Positions 26,861 to 36,514 are shown, counted from the stretch's first letter. The stretch: 64,000 nucleotides of DNA from Nitrososphaerota archaeon (GCA_033581555.1 JAVQSZ010000005.1:64001-128000); one strand, 5' to 3'. Program-made: numbers and translations. Notes: generated by a model not told the origin, from the letters alone.

Positions 26861-28395
26861 GACCCATCACCACCTGTTCTCATGCTGAGGGCCTGCGAGA
26901 CCGCGCCTCCCACCGCCATCGCGACCGCCATCGCCGGGTCGTGGGCGAGCCCCCTTCCGACGAGCGTCGAACCGTTGAACCTCAAGACCACCTCGGCCTC
27001 CGCAGGGCACCTGTCCGGGTTGGGCGGGACGTATACGGAGCACTCGACCACCTCCACTGGGCCCAGGACCCTCGAGACGACGTTCGCGACCGCCGAGATC
27101 GAGGCGGAGACCGGCGACCTGCCCCTCCCGAACCCCGTGACGCGCTCGCCCCTGAGGAAGACCTCTACCTCGCCAGAGACCTCCCGACCGTCGGCCCTCA
27201 ACGAGACCGAGATCACCTCGAGGGGCTGCGAGGAGACCAGCGACGGGTCGTCCCTGACGAGCCCTAGCAGGAGCTGCTCGGTCAGCCTCGCGCCCGTGTC
27301 CGCGAGCTCCTTCACCCTCTCCAGGACCCTCTTCCCCTCCTCGAGGTCAAGCTCGAACCCGTGCTGCCTGAGGACCTCGACGACCGCGTGGGTCCCCGAG
27401 TGCTTCCCGACCACTATCCTCCTCCTCTTCCCGACCAGCTCCGGAGCTATCGGCTCGTAGGTGAGGGGGTTGTTGATGACGCCGTGGACGTGAATGCCGC
27501 TCTCGTGGCTGAAGGCGTGGTCCCCGACGACCGCCTTGTTCCTCTGGACCACCATCCCGGTGAGGCTCGAGACCAGCCTCGAGACGGCCGCCAGCTTGCT
27601 CAGGTCTATCCCGGAGTCGACGCCGTAGAGCACCTTCAGGGCCACGACCACCTCCTCCAGGCTCGCGTTCCCAGCCCTCTCCCCGATCCCGTTGACCGTG
27701 ACGTGGACGATCTCGGCTCCGCCCTCTACGCCCGCGATCGTGTTGGCGGTCGCTAGGCCCATGTCGTCGTGGCAGTGGACCGCTACCGGAAGGCCCGTGG
27801 CCTCCCTCACCTGCCTCGCCAGCTCCCTCATCACGAGCGGAATCGCGACTCCTACCGTGTCGGGGACGTCGAGGCTGTCCGCGCCCGCCTCTGCAGCTCC
27901 CTTGTAGACCCTCAGGAGGAAGGACCTCTCGGACCTCGTCGCGTCCTCGCAGGAGAAGTGGACCTCGACGCCACGCGACTTCGCGTACTCGACGCTCTCC
28001 ACCGCAGCCTCGTAGACCTGCTCCGGCGTCATCCTGAGCTTGTGCCTCATGTGGATCTCCGAGGTCGCGATGAAGACGTGGACCCAATCGACCCCCGCGT
28101 CCACCGCCCTGTCGATGTCCCTCCTGTCGCACCTCGCCAGCGCGCAGACCTTCGGCCCCAGACCCAGCCTCGAGATCTCCCTCACCGCCTCGTGCTCGCC
28201 CCTCGAGACGGCCGGGTAACCGGCCTCGATCACCGCGACGCCGAGCTCAGCCAGCGCCCTCGCGACCTCCACCTTCTCCTCCTTCCTCAGCGAGACTCCC
28301 GGCGTCTGTTCTCCGTCCCTCAGCGTCGTGTCGAAGACCTGCACCCGCTCGGGGAGGAGACGGAATGCGTCCCGGACAACGCTGCCCCACGACAC
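26857..28395 (-). CDS. leuA: 2-isopropylmalate synthase (LeuA family)
   Basis: FDTTLRDGEQ, HCHDDMG, GIGERAGN, HESGIH, C-terminal regulatory domain; GTG 28395 behind SD GAGGTGG. Confidence 0.82.
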   Translation of the reverse strand: MSWGSVVRDAFRLLPERVQVFDTTLRDGEQTPGVSLRKEEKVEVARALAELGVAVIEAGYPAVSRGEHEAVREISRLGLGPKVCALARCDRRDIDRAVDAGVDWVHVFIATSEIHMRHKLRMTPEQVYEAAVESVEYAKSRGVEVHFSCEDATRSERSFLLRVYKGAAEAGADSLDVPDTVGVAIPLVMRELARQVREATGLPVAVHCHDDMGLATANTIAGVEGGAEIVHVTVNGIGERAGNASLEEVVVALKVLYGVDSGIDLSKLAAVSRLVSSLTGMVVQRNKAVVGDHAFSHESGIHVHGVINNPLTYEPIAPELVGKRRRIVVGKHSGTHAVVEVLRQHGFELDLEEGKRVLERVKELADTGARLTEQLLLGLVRDDPSLVSSQPLEVISVSLRADGREVSGEVEVFLRGERVTGFGRGRSPVSASISAVANVVSRVLGPVEVVECSVYVPPNPDRCPAEAEVVLRFNGSTLVGRGLAHDPAMAVAMAVGGAVSQALSMRTGGDGS

Positions 28396-28606
28396 GGTTC
28401 CCACCTCAGGGGGCAAGCGCCGGCGGGGAGGAACGTCGAGACACGAACTCGTTCGGCTCCGCGAAGTGACAGTTCCGAACTCCGGTCAACCCACGTGCCC
28501 GAGCAATAGGCACCACCGGCTTGCACCGACGCGGATTCTGCTCCGATTTATACCTTCCTAAACGACCGACGGTCGCAGACCTTCGAGGGGTATCGGCTTA
28601 ATTACA

Positions 28607-28885
28607 GTGCCGGACGCTCTCTCGGCGTTGAGGGAGCCGAAGTACCAGGTCGAGGTGAAGCAGTCCTCCAGGGCCCTAAGGGTCGAGAGGCAGCTAGTCG
28701 AGGAGCTGAAGGGCTCGCTCAGCGCGAAGGTCATCTCCCGGATGAGGAAGGAGTACGTCGACTGCCCGGTCGCGGGCGCACAGCTCCCCTTCCTGATCTG
28801 CTACAACTGCACCTCGTTCATCAGGAGGGTCTCGGGGGTGGTCCACTGCGAGGGGAAGGAGCAGAGGCTGAGGGACAGGACATGA
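28607..28885 (+). CDS. Small hypothetical protein with a C4 metal-binding motif
   Basis: RMRKEYVDCPV...ICYNC...VHC; ATGA overlap with the next gene. Confidence 0.7.
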   Translation: MPDALSALREPKYQVEVKQSSRALRVERQLVEELKGSLSAKVISRMRKEYVDCPVAGAQLPFLICYNCTSFIRRVSGVVHCEGKEQRLRDRT

Positions 28886-29151
28886 ACCAGGGCATGGTCC
28901 TCTCGGGGCTCGTCACAACGGTCTTCGGCGTGATATTCCTGCTAACGGGCTTCATCCCGCTCGGCGCCCTGATACTCGTCGGGATCGCGATGTTCGTCAT
29001 CGGGATAGGGGCGCCGCCCTCGGAGCCCGTCACCCCTCAGGACCCGACGAAGAAGTTCTGCTGGTACTGCATGGAGGAGATCGACAAGGACGCCACGACC
29101 TGCCCCTACTGCGGCATAGAGCAGATCGAGGAGGGGAAGAAGCGGGGATAG
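28882..29151 (+). CDS. Small membrane protein with a C-terminal zinc ribbon
   Basis: Two transmembrane helices then KFCWYC...CPYCG. Confidence 0.75.
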   Translation: MNQGMVLSGLVTTVFGVIFLLTGFIPLGALILVGIAMFVIGIGAPPSEPVTPQDPTKKFCWYCMEEIDKDATTCPYCGIEQIEEGKKRG

Positions 29152-29181
29152 AATTAAAGCGGGCTGGCGGGCGATACGGGC

Positions 29182-30378
29182 ATGCGCGTCGCGCTTGCCT
29201 ACAGCGGAGGGCTCGACACGACCGTCTCGATCAAGTGGCTCCAGGAGAAATACGGTGCGGAGGTGATCACGGTTACCGTCGATGTCGGCCAACCCGAGGA
29301 CTTCGAGGAGGTCGAGAGGAGGGCGTACACGGCTGGTGCGGTCAAGCACTACCTGATCGACGGGAAGGCGAGGTTCGCGGAGGAGTTCGTCTCTAAGGCG
29401 ATCAAGGCGAACGCCCTTTACGAGGGCGAGTACCCGGTCTCGACCGCACTGGCGAGGTACCTGATCGCGGAGGAGGTGGCGAAGGTCGCGAAGGCCGAGG
29501 GCTGCGACGCGGTCGCGCACGGTTGCACCGGAAAGGGGAACGACCAGCTGAGGTTCGACGCGACCTTCGCGGTCCTGGTCCCCGAGATGAGGGTGATCGC
29601 GCCCGTCAGGGAGTGGGGGATGAGCAGGGACGAGGAGGTCGAGTACGCCAGGTCTAAGGGCCTGAGGCTGGACCTGAAGAAGAGCAGGTTCAGCATCGAC
29701 GAGAACCTCTGGGGCAGGTCCCTCGAGGCTGGGGAGCTGGAGGACCCGTGGAACGAGCCGCCCTGGGACGCGCTGAAGTTCGTGAGGCCTCCGTCAGAGT
29801 GGAGGGACGGCGAGGACCTGGTCGTGGAGTTCGAGGGAGGCGTGCCGGTCGCGGTCGACGGCGAGAGGATGAGACTCGACGCGATGGTACAGCACCTGAA
29901 CTTCAGGGCCGGGAGGCACGGGGTCGGGCTGATCGACCACATCGAGGACAGAGTTGTAGGCCTGAAGTCAAGGGAGGTCTACGAGGCACCGGCCGCGACC
30001 GTACTGATCAGGGCCCACAGGGACCTGGAGAAGCTGGTGTTGAGCAGGAGGGCCCTCGCCTTCAAGAGGCAGGTCGAGGAGGAGTGGGCCTGGCTCGTCT
30101 ACGCGGGGCTCTGGTACGACCCGTTGAGGGAGGCGCTGGACGCGTTCGTCGAGGAGACCCAGAAGGCCGTGGCCGGCGAGGTGAGGTTGAGGCTCGAGAA
30201 GGGCGCGCTGCTGGTCAGGGGGAGGAGGAGCCCTTACTCGGCTTACGCGGAGGACCTGATCACGTACTCGGCCGCGAGCAGGTTCGATCAGCGGGCCGGA
30301 GAGGCCTTCTCGAGGATCTGGTCGTTGGAGTCGCAGATCGTCAACAGGGCCAGGGGGAGGTTCAGGTCCGGCCGCTGA
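29182..30378 (+). CDS. argG: Argininosuccinate synthase
   Basis: LAYSGGLDT, HGCTGKGNDQ, SIDENLWG, KSREVYEAP. Confidence 0.96.
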   Translation: MRVALAYSGGLDTTVSIKWLQEKYGAEVITVTVDVGQPEDFEEVERRAYTAGAVKHYLIDGKARFAEEFVSKAIKANALYEGEYPVSTALARYLIAEEVAKVAKAEGCDAVAHGCTGKGNDQLRFDATFAVLVPEMRVIAPVREWGMSRDEEVEYARSKGLRLDLKKSRFSIDENLWGRSLEAGELEDPWNEPPWDALKFVRPPSEWRDGEDLVVEFEGGVPVAVDGERMRLDAMVQHLNFRAGRHGVGLIDHIEDRVVGLKSREVYEAPAATVLIRAHRDLEKLVLSRRALAFKRQVEEEWAWLVYAGLWYDPLREALDAFVEETQKAVAGEVRLRLEKGALLVRGRRSPYSAYAEDLITYSAASRFDQRAGEAFSRIWSLESQIVNRARGRFRSGR

Positions 30379-31741
30379 GGAACTTCTCCCTCACTGCCTC
30401 GAACCGCTCCTCCGCTCTCCTGATCACCGACTCCTCGTCCATCGTCAGCACCTTTCCGTCCATCACGACCGGTTGACCGTCCACGAGGACGTGGGCGACG
30501 TCGCGGCCCGTCGCCGCGTAGATGAGCAGGGATACTGGGTCGGTGAACGGGGCCAGCGAAGGGCTGCCGGTCCTGACCACTACCACGTCGCCCCTCTTCC
30601 CCCTCTCCAGCGTGCCTACGAGACCTTCCAGTCCAAGGGCCCTCGCTCCACCGATCGTCGCGACCTCGAGGGCGTCCCAGGCCGTGAAGCGGTCCGGTCC
30701 GTGGAGCGCCTTCTGGAAGAGTGCCGCGACCTTCATCTCCCTCACCATGTCGTAGGAGTCGTTGCTCGGTCCCCCGTCGCACCCCAGGGAGACGTTGACG
30801 CCCTTCTCGAGCATCCTCGCGACCGGCGCTATCCCCGAACCGAGCTTCGCGTTGGAGGAGGGGCAGTGGGCCACCGAGGTCCCGGTAGCCGCGAACGCCT
30901 CCAAGTCCTCCTCCGAGAGCCAGACGCAGTGGGCGTAGACCCTCTTCCTCCCCAGCAGCCCGAACCCCCTCAGGAAGGACGAGGGCGTGAAGCCCCTCGA
31001 GGCGAAGTAGGCCACGTCGTCCCTAACCTCCGCGAGGTGCATGGTGATGCCCGCGCCGGTCTCCTCCGCGAGCTCCGCTGCCCTTCGAAACATCTCGTCC
31101 GAGACCGCTCCCGGCGTCCTGAGCCCGATCCAGAAGTCGATCCTGCCCCCGCCAGCGCCGGCCCACTTCCTCCTCGCTTCGAGGAACTGCTTGAGGCACT
31201 CCTCGCCGTCCTCGACCATGCCCTCGGGGAGCGCGTTCCCAATCGACGCGTAGCCCTGCAGGTCCATCACCTTCTTCGAGAGCACGGCCCTAATACCGGA
31301 CCTGAGGACCGACTCGGCTATCCCGTCGATACCGTACCTCGCGTGGAGCCCTGCCTCGAGGAACGTCGTAGTCCCGGTCCTGAGCATCTCGAGGACGCAG
31401 AGCTCTGCGCTGGCCCTCCCGTCCTCGTTGTCGTAGACGCCCTGAAGCCTCCAGACCCACTCCCTCAGCCACGGGATCAACGTGACTGTGTCTGGAACGA
31501 ACCCGCGTATCAGGGCCTGGGCGAGGTGAACGTGCGTGTCGACCAGTCCTGGTATCGCGACGCCCCTAGGCTCGTCTATCACCAGGTCGTCCTTAGACCA
31601 CTTCCCAACGCCGTCGCGCCCGCCGACGTACGAGATCTCCCCGTCCTCGACCAGAACGGCTCCGTCCCTGATGACCTCTCCCCTCCTCGCGACCGAGACG
31701 ACCGCGCCGCACCTGATGAGGACCCTCTCGACTCTACCCAT
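30362..31741 (-). CDS. Amidohydrolase-family nucleoside/nucleobase deaminase (MtaD/SsnA/GuaD-like)
   Basis: DTHVH, HLAE, AHCVW, HCPSSN.KLGSG, LGCDG. Confidence 0.85.
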   Translation of the reverse strand: MGRVERVLIRCGAVVSVARRGEVIRDGAVLVEDGEISYVGGRDGVGKWSKDDLVIDEPRGVAIPGLVDTHVHLAQALIRGFVPDTVTLIPWLREWVWRLQGVYDNEDGRASAELCVLEMLRTGTTTFLEAGLHARYGIDGIAESVLRSGIRAVLSKKVMDLQGYASIGNALPEGMVEDGEECLKQFLEARRKWAGAGGGRIDFWIGLRTPGAVSDEMFRRAAELAEETGAGITMHLAEVRDDVAYFASRGFTPSSFLRGFGLLGRKRVYAHCVWLSEEDLEAFAATGTSVAHCPSSNAKLGSGIAPVARMLEKGVNVSLGCDGGPSNDSYDMVREMKVAALFQKALHGPDRFTAWDALEVATIGGARALGLEGLVGTLERGKRGDVVVVRTGSPSLAPFTDPVSLLIYAATGRDVAHVLVDGQPVVMDGKVLTMDEESVIRRAEERFEAVREKFLSGRT

Positions 31742-34031
31742 GCCCCTCCCCACCGGCCTTGAGCTTGTCGACGACGCCCGCCTCCTTCAGGAGCCAGTAG
31801 ACCTTTTCAGGGGTCATGGGGACCGAGGTGGGCTCGACGCCGCACGCGTCCGCGATCGCGTTGGCTATCGCCGGCGCGACCGAGAGGATCCCGACCTCGC
31901 CTATGCCCTTCGCGCCGAACGGCCCCTCCTCCTCGAAGGTCTCGACGGGTATCACATCGATCCTCGGGGAGTCCTTCGAGCTCGGTATCAGGTAGGTGGA
32001 GAGGTCCCTAGTCAGCAGGTATCCGTCGGCGATCTTGGCGTCCTCCATCAGCGCGAACCCCAGCCCCTGGACCACCGCGCCCTCGATCTGGCCGGTGAAG
32101 TTGAGCGGGTTGATCACCCTTCCAGCGTCGACGACCGAGACGACCCTCGGGACCGTCACGGACCCCGTGAGGACGTTCACGACCACCTCCGCGACCGTCA
32201 CGCCGAACATGAAGAAGAGGTGCGGTATCTCGAGCGTACCGGGTATCGGCTCGACCTTGGGGACCTCGTAAGTCCCGACGACCCCCCTCCCCAGCCCCTT
32301 CGCCTCCAGCCTCTCCGCCAGCTCTCCGAGTGGGACAGGCCTCCCGGAGTCGACGACCGCGCCCTCCTCCGTGAACGAGACGCTCGAGGGCCTCTTTCCC
32401 GTCTCCGCCTCGAAGAGGTCCTTCACCCTCTCCGCCAACGCCTCAACCGCCCTCCTCAGCGCGTTCCCAGCCAGGAAGACCTGCCTCGACGCCGAGGTGA
32501 CGCTGGTGTCAGGGGACCTCTCGGTGTCCGCGAAGAGCACTCGGACCCTCTCGACGGGGACCCTGAGGAGCTCGGCGGCGAGCTGTGCGACGGACTCCAC
32601 CACGCCCTGGCCGATCTCCGTGAAGCTCCCGCCCACTACGACCGTTCCGTCGGGGTTCAGCTCGAGCGAGACGCTCCCCCTGTCGGGAAGGGCGCCGATC
32701 GTGTAACCCTTCATCCCGGCCGCGACGCCTATCCCCCTCCTCAGCCACGGGTACTCGAGTTCCACCGGCCTCCCCCTCTCCCTCCAGAGCGGGTGCTCCC
32801 TCGCGGCCCTGAGGCAGTCGTAGATCCCGACGCTCCCCTCCATCCTGTTCCCGAAGACGTAGACGTCGCCTTTCCTGACCGCGTTGATCATCCTCAGCTC
32901 GATCGGGTCCATCCCGAGCTTCCTCGCGATCCTGTCGACCTGCCTCTCCATCGCGAAGAGCACCTGCGGAGCGCCGAAGCCCCTGAAGGCCGAGGCGACC
33001 ATGTTGTTGGTGTAGACGAGGTAAGCGTCGATCTTCGCGTTCGCGATCCTGTAGGGGCCGTTGCAGTTCTCGATCGCGACGTCCAACACGGCTGGACCCA
33101 GGGCCGCGTAGGCTCCGGTGTCGTAGATGATCTCGACCTCGTTGGCGAGCAGCCGGCCGTCCCTCGAGGCAGCGGTCCTCATTCTGATCACCGCAGGATG
33201 CCTCTTGGTCCCAGAGACCATCGACTCCTCCCTCGACAGGACGAGCCTCGCGGCCCTCCCGGTCTTCATCGTCACCAGCGCCAAGTGTATTTGGACCGAG
33301 ACGTCGTCCTTCCCTCCGAACGCTCCGCCGACGTAGGGCGTAATCACCCGTATCCTCTCCGGGGGGAGGTCGAGGGCGTGGGCGATCTCGGCCCTGTCGC
33401 GATGAGGGGACTGTCCTCCGGCCACCACGACTATCCTCCCCTGCTCGTCGAGGTAGGAGATCCCGGCCTCCGTCTCGAGGAACGCGTGGATCTGGGTGCC
33501 GGTGGTGTAGGTCCCCTCGACCACCACGTCGGCCGCCGCGAAGGCCGCCTCCACGTCACCGAACCTGAGGCTGGTCTGTCTGCAGACGTTCCCGCCTTCG
33601 TGGACCTTCGGCGAGTCGGGCATCATCGCCCTGACCGGGTCCGTCACCGGGGGCAACGGTTCGTACTCGACATCGATCAGCCTGACCGCCTCCGAGGCCG
33701 CCTCCCTCGTCTCGGCGGCCACCAGCGCGACCGGGTCGCCGATGTACCTGACCTTGTCGTCGCAGAGGACTGGCCTGTCCTTCACGAAGACGCCGAACCT
33801 GTTGACTGGAACGTCCTGGTGCGTGAGTACCGCAACTACTCCGGGATAGGACTTGGCCCTTGAGGCATCGATCCGCTTGATCAGGGCGTGTGGGTACCTG
33901 CTCCTTAGGACCGAGACCCAGAGGAAGTCGTCGGGGAAGAGGTCGGAGGCGTACTTCGCCGCGCCGGTCGCTTTCTCGAGCGCGTCCCTCCTGACAACCG
34001 GCGCACCGACGTAGGTCGTCCTGGAGGTCAG
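31734..34031 (-). CDS. Xanthine dehydrogenase-family molybdopterin-binding subunit
   Basis: VGGAFGGK, AFRGFG, EIGQG, GQIEG.VVQGLG, GAKGIGE. Start inferred at CTG 34031 (CTGA overlap). Confidence 0.92.
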   Translation of the reverse strand: MTSRTTYVGAPVVRRDALEKATGAAKYASDLFPDDFLWVSVLRSRYPHALIKRIDASRAKSYPGVVAVLTHQDVPVNRFGVFVKDRPVLCDDKVRYIGDPVALVAAETREAASEAVRLIDVEYEPLPPVTDPVRAMMPDSPKVHEGGNVCRQTSLRFGDVEAAFAAADVVVEGTYTTGTQIHAFLETEAGISYLDEQGRIVVVAGGQSPHRDRAEIAHALDLPPERIRVITPYVGGAFGGKDDVSVQIHLALVTMKTGRAARLVLSREESMVSGTKRHPAVIRMRTAASRDGRLLANEVEIIYDTGAYAALGPAVLDVAIENCNGPYRIANAKIDAYLVYTNNMVASAFRGFGAPQVLFAMERQVDRIARKLGMDPIELRMINAVRKGDVYVFGNRMEGSVGIYDCLRAAREHPLWRERGRPVELEYPWLRRGIGVAAGMKGYTIGALPDRGSVSLELNPDGTVVVGGSFTEIGQGVVESVAQLAAELLRVPVERVRVLFADTERSPDTSVTSASRQVFLAGNALRRAVEALAERVKDLFEAETGKRPSSVSFTEEGAVVDSGRPVPLGELAERLEAKGLGRGVVGTYEVPKVEPIPGTLEIPHLFFMFGVTVAEVVVNVLTGSVTVPRVVSVVDAGRVINPLNFTGQIEGAVVQGLGFALMEDAKIADGYLLTRDLSTYLIPSSKDSPRIDVIPVETFEEEGPFGAKGIGEVGILSVAPAIANAIADACGVEPTSVPMTPEKVYWLLKEAGVVDKLKAGGEGHG

Positions 34032-34912
34032 AGGACACCGACCTCCCTCGCGATCCTCCAGAGGGTCATGAAGACGTAGTTGACCGAGAGCTCCCTGCGG
34101 TACGCCGCGGAGCCCCTGACGTCGTCGATCGGCGAGATGGACCTCAACACTGCCCGGGCCGCCTCCCACATGACGTCCTCCCTGAGCCTCCTCCCCTTCA
34201 GGGCCCTCTCGGCCTCGTGTGCCCTCACGACCGTAGGCGCGACGGCTCCCAGCGCTATCGCAGCGCCCCTCACCAGGTCTCCCTCGAGGTCCAGGAGGAC
34301 CGCGCCGTTGACAACCGATATCGCGTCGCCCTGCCTGAGGCCGTGCTTGAAGAAGTGGCCCACCTCGCCCCCCTTCTCCGCTCTCAGTCGGACCTCAACG
34401 AGCAGCTCGTCGGGCCTCATGTCCAGCCTCTTATAGCCCCTATAGAACTCCGTGATCCCGACGGTCCTGGTCCCCTTGAGGCTGGCCAGCTTCAGCTCCG
34501 CGTCGTGGACGTAGAGCGCGGGGAGCGAGTCCGCGGCGGGAGAGGCGTTGACGACGTTGCCGCCTATCGTCCCCTTGTTCATTATCTGGACCGAGCCGAC
34601 CGTCTCCGCGGCCTCCGCGAGGACCGGCGCGTGCCTCCTGATCACCTCTGAGGAGGCGATCTCGGAGAACGTCGTCAGCGCGCCTATCGCGATCGTCTCG
34701 TCCTCGTGCCTGACGTACTTCAGCTCCCAGAGCCCCGAGACGTCCAGCAGGTCGGACTTCTGAACGGCACCAGACCTCATCTGGACCAACAGGTCCGTCC
34801 CTCCAGCGAGCACCTTGATACCCCTCCTTTCCGCGAGGACCCTGAGGGCCTCGTCCAGGTCCCTGGGGACCAGGACGTCGACGTCGTGGAGGAGGACCTC
34901 CAACTCAGGCAC
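34028..34912 (-). CDS. Xanthine dehydrogenase-family FAD-binding subunit
   Basis: LAGGTDL, GTIGGN, ASPAADS, DDVRGSAAYR. Confidence 0.92.
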   Translation of the reverse strand: MPELEVLLHDVDVLVPRDLDEALRVLAERRGIKVLAGGTDLLVQMRSGAVQKSDLLDVSGLWELKYVRHEDETIAIGALTTFSEIASSEVIRRHAPVLAEAAETVGSVQIMNKGTIGGNVVNASPAADSLPALYVHDAELKLASLKGTRTVGITEFYRGYKRLDMRPDELLVEVRLRAEKGGEVGHFFKHGLRQGDAISVVNGAVLLDLEGDLVRGAAIALGAVAPTVVRAHEAERALKGRRLREDVMWEAARAVLRSISPIDDVRGSAAYRRELSVNYVFMTLWRIAREVGVL

Positions 34913-35369
34913 CCGCCGCCCTCAGGACCGCGGCCACGACCTTCGCGTACCCGGTGCACCTGCAGAGGTTCCCCCTTATCGCGTCCCTCACCTCCTCCTC
35001 AGTCGGCCTCGGGTTCCTTGAGAGGAGCGCGTAGGAGGCCACGATCAGGCCCGGAGTGCAGTGGCCGCACTGGACCGCGCCCGACTCGACGAACGCCCTC
35101 ACCAGCGGGTGTCCCGGATCGATCCCCTCGATCGTCGTGACCCTCCTCCCCTCGACCTGGGTCATCGCGGTAAGGCACGCGTGGACTGGTTCGCCGTCGA
35201 TGAGGACGGTGCACTCGCCGCAGTCCCCCCTAGCGCAGCCCTCCTTCGTCCCGGTCATCCTGAGCTCGTACCTCAGGACCTCGAGGAGCGAGTACGCAGG
35301 GGGAGCCCTGACCTTCACCGGTTTACCGTTCAGAACGAAGCTGAACTCCCTCTCGATCCTGTGGACCAT
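34905..35369 (-). CDS. Xanthine dehydrogenase-family 2Fe-2S subunit
   Basis: GTKEGCARGDCGECTV, QCGHCTPG, GNLCRCTGY; real start ATG 35369. Confidence 0.92.
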   Translation of the reverse strand: MVHRIEREFSFVLNGKPVKVRAPPAYSLLEVLRYELRMTGTKEGCARGDCGECTVLIDGEPVHACLTAMTQVEGRRVTTIEGIDPGHPLVRAFVESGAVQCGHCTPGLIVASYALLSRNPRPTEEEVRDAIRGNLCRCTGYAKVVAAVLRAAGA

Positions 35370-35465
35370 CCGTGACGTTCCAAACCCCCGACTGAAGATA
35401 AAAACGTGAACCGTCTCTCCGGGACGCGACAGACATATCAGAGACCGGGCCCGTCTAGGCGAGAG

Positions 35466-35762
35466 ATGCTGGTCTACAAGGGGAGCAAGGAGGCGGTCGC
35501 GAAGGTCGTCGAGCGGATCCTCTCCGACGACATCGGCTCGAGGGCTAACGTCATCGTCAGGGACGCGGCGCAGCTGACCGGAGGCCAGGGCCAGTACGTC
35601 AGGGTGCTCGGGACAGAGGAGCAAGAGGCCAGGGTCAGGGAGCTGGTCGGGCTTGAGCTCGAGGAGGTCAAGGGTGAGGAGCTCGAACGGGTCGTGAGTG
35701 CGCTCCGCGAGGAGGACGAGAGGGCGCTCTCGGGGATGGGGATGATCTTCGGCGGCGAGTAG
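35466..35762 (+). CDS. Small hypothetical protein
   Basis: Genome-like codon usage; ends ALSGMGMIFGGE. Confidence 0.65.
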   Translation: MLVYKGSKEAVAKVVERILSDDIGSRANVIVRDAAQLTGGQGQYVRVLGTEEQEARVRELVGLELEEVKGEELERVVSALREEDERALSGMGMIFGGE

Positions 35763-35839
35763 GACCCGGCGTGCTGACGTGTCACATGCATGCGACTGTA
35801 TACCGTATATTATCATGATGCATACGTGACGAATGTTTA

Positions 35840-36407
35840 ATGGGGACGCTTGATAACATTAATGATACAGGGAAATCGGTCTGGGCATCTAGGTTCATAA
35901 TGGCGGCGATCATCTAGGGCGCCCTGGCCACCGCGAACACGCTGTTCTGGGTGGTAGGGCAGCTCGGATTCCTGAGGCCGGAGGTCAGCAGGGTCATCGC
36001 CTTCGGCAGCGCGGGGACTTGGTTCACGGTCGGGTACACGACCTACCTGATCGTCGGCGTGGTCGCGATGGCGGTCACGGCCCTCTTCTACCACTACATC
36101 GAAAACGTGCTCGGTAAGCCCTACACCGGCATAGCCAACACGTTCGCATGGTTACACTTAGTACTGATGAACGTCGGCGTGGTGGGTGCGACTTGGATGA
36201 TGATCGGAGGCTATCAGGGAGGAGCCGCCATGCTGCCGCCCGCCGTCGGGGGGGGGGGGGGGATGGAACGCGACGATGGTGCACGTTAACGTCTTCTACG
36301 GCATCCCGCTGGGTTATCCGACGTGGATAGCGCTCTTCATCTTCGTGCTAGCTGCCGGGGTCATCTTCGGAGGGCTTGGCTACCTGATAACTTGGCGGAG
36401 GAGGTAG
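35840..36407 (+). pseudogene. Disrupted multi-pass membrane protein gene (in-frame TAG plus frameshift in a G15 tract)
   Basis: ATG 35840 ...WASRFIMAAII-TAG(35915)-GALATAN...; after G15 (36248-36262) the hydrophobic frame continues WNATMVHVNVFYGIPLGYPTWIALFIFVLAAGVIFGGLGYLITWRRR to TAG 36405-36407. Confidence 0.72.
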
Positions 36408-36514
36408 ACTGCCCCTGACTTTACTCATCAGTATTTTTGTGACACGCGCTTTTTCATTTGTCGCGCAGTTCCATTACGGATGCGCCAACATCCCAATTTG
36501 CCGCACAGCGTGGC

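Noticed and set aside
31536-33863. 775-aa plus-strand ORF and many other long antisense or alternate-frame ORFs (e.g. 25973-27460, 30473-31762, 54065-55252)
   Set aside because: Shadows of real genes caused by high GC and codon bias; R/P/G-rich with no motifs
35370-35816. N-terminal extension of the 2Fe-2S subunit in the ORF track
   Set aside because: It is the antisense of the 35466-35762 gene; homology begins at ATG 35369
35915-35917. In-frame TAG as pyrrolysine or read-through
   Set aside because: No pyl genes in the window, the same gene also has a frameshift, and a simple CAG-to-TAG change is more parsimonious
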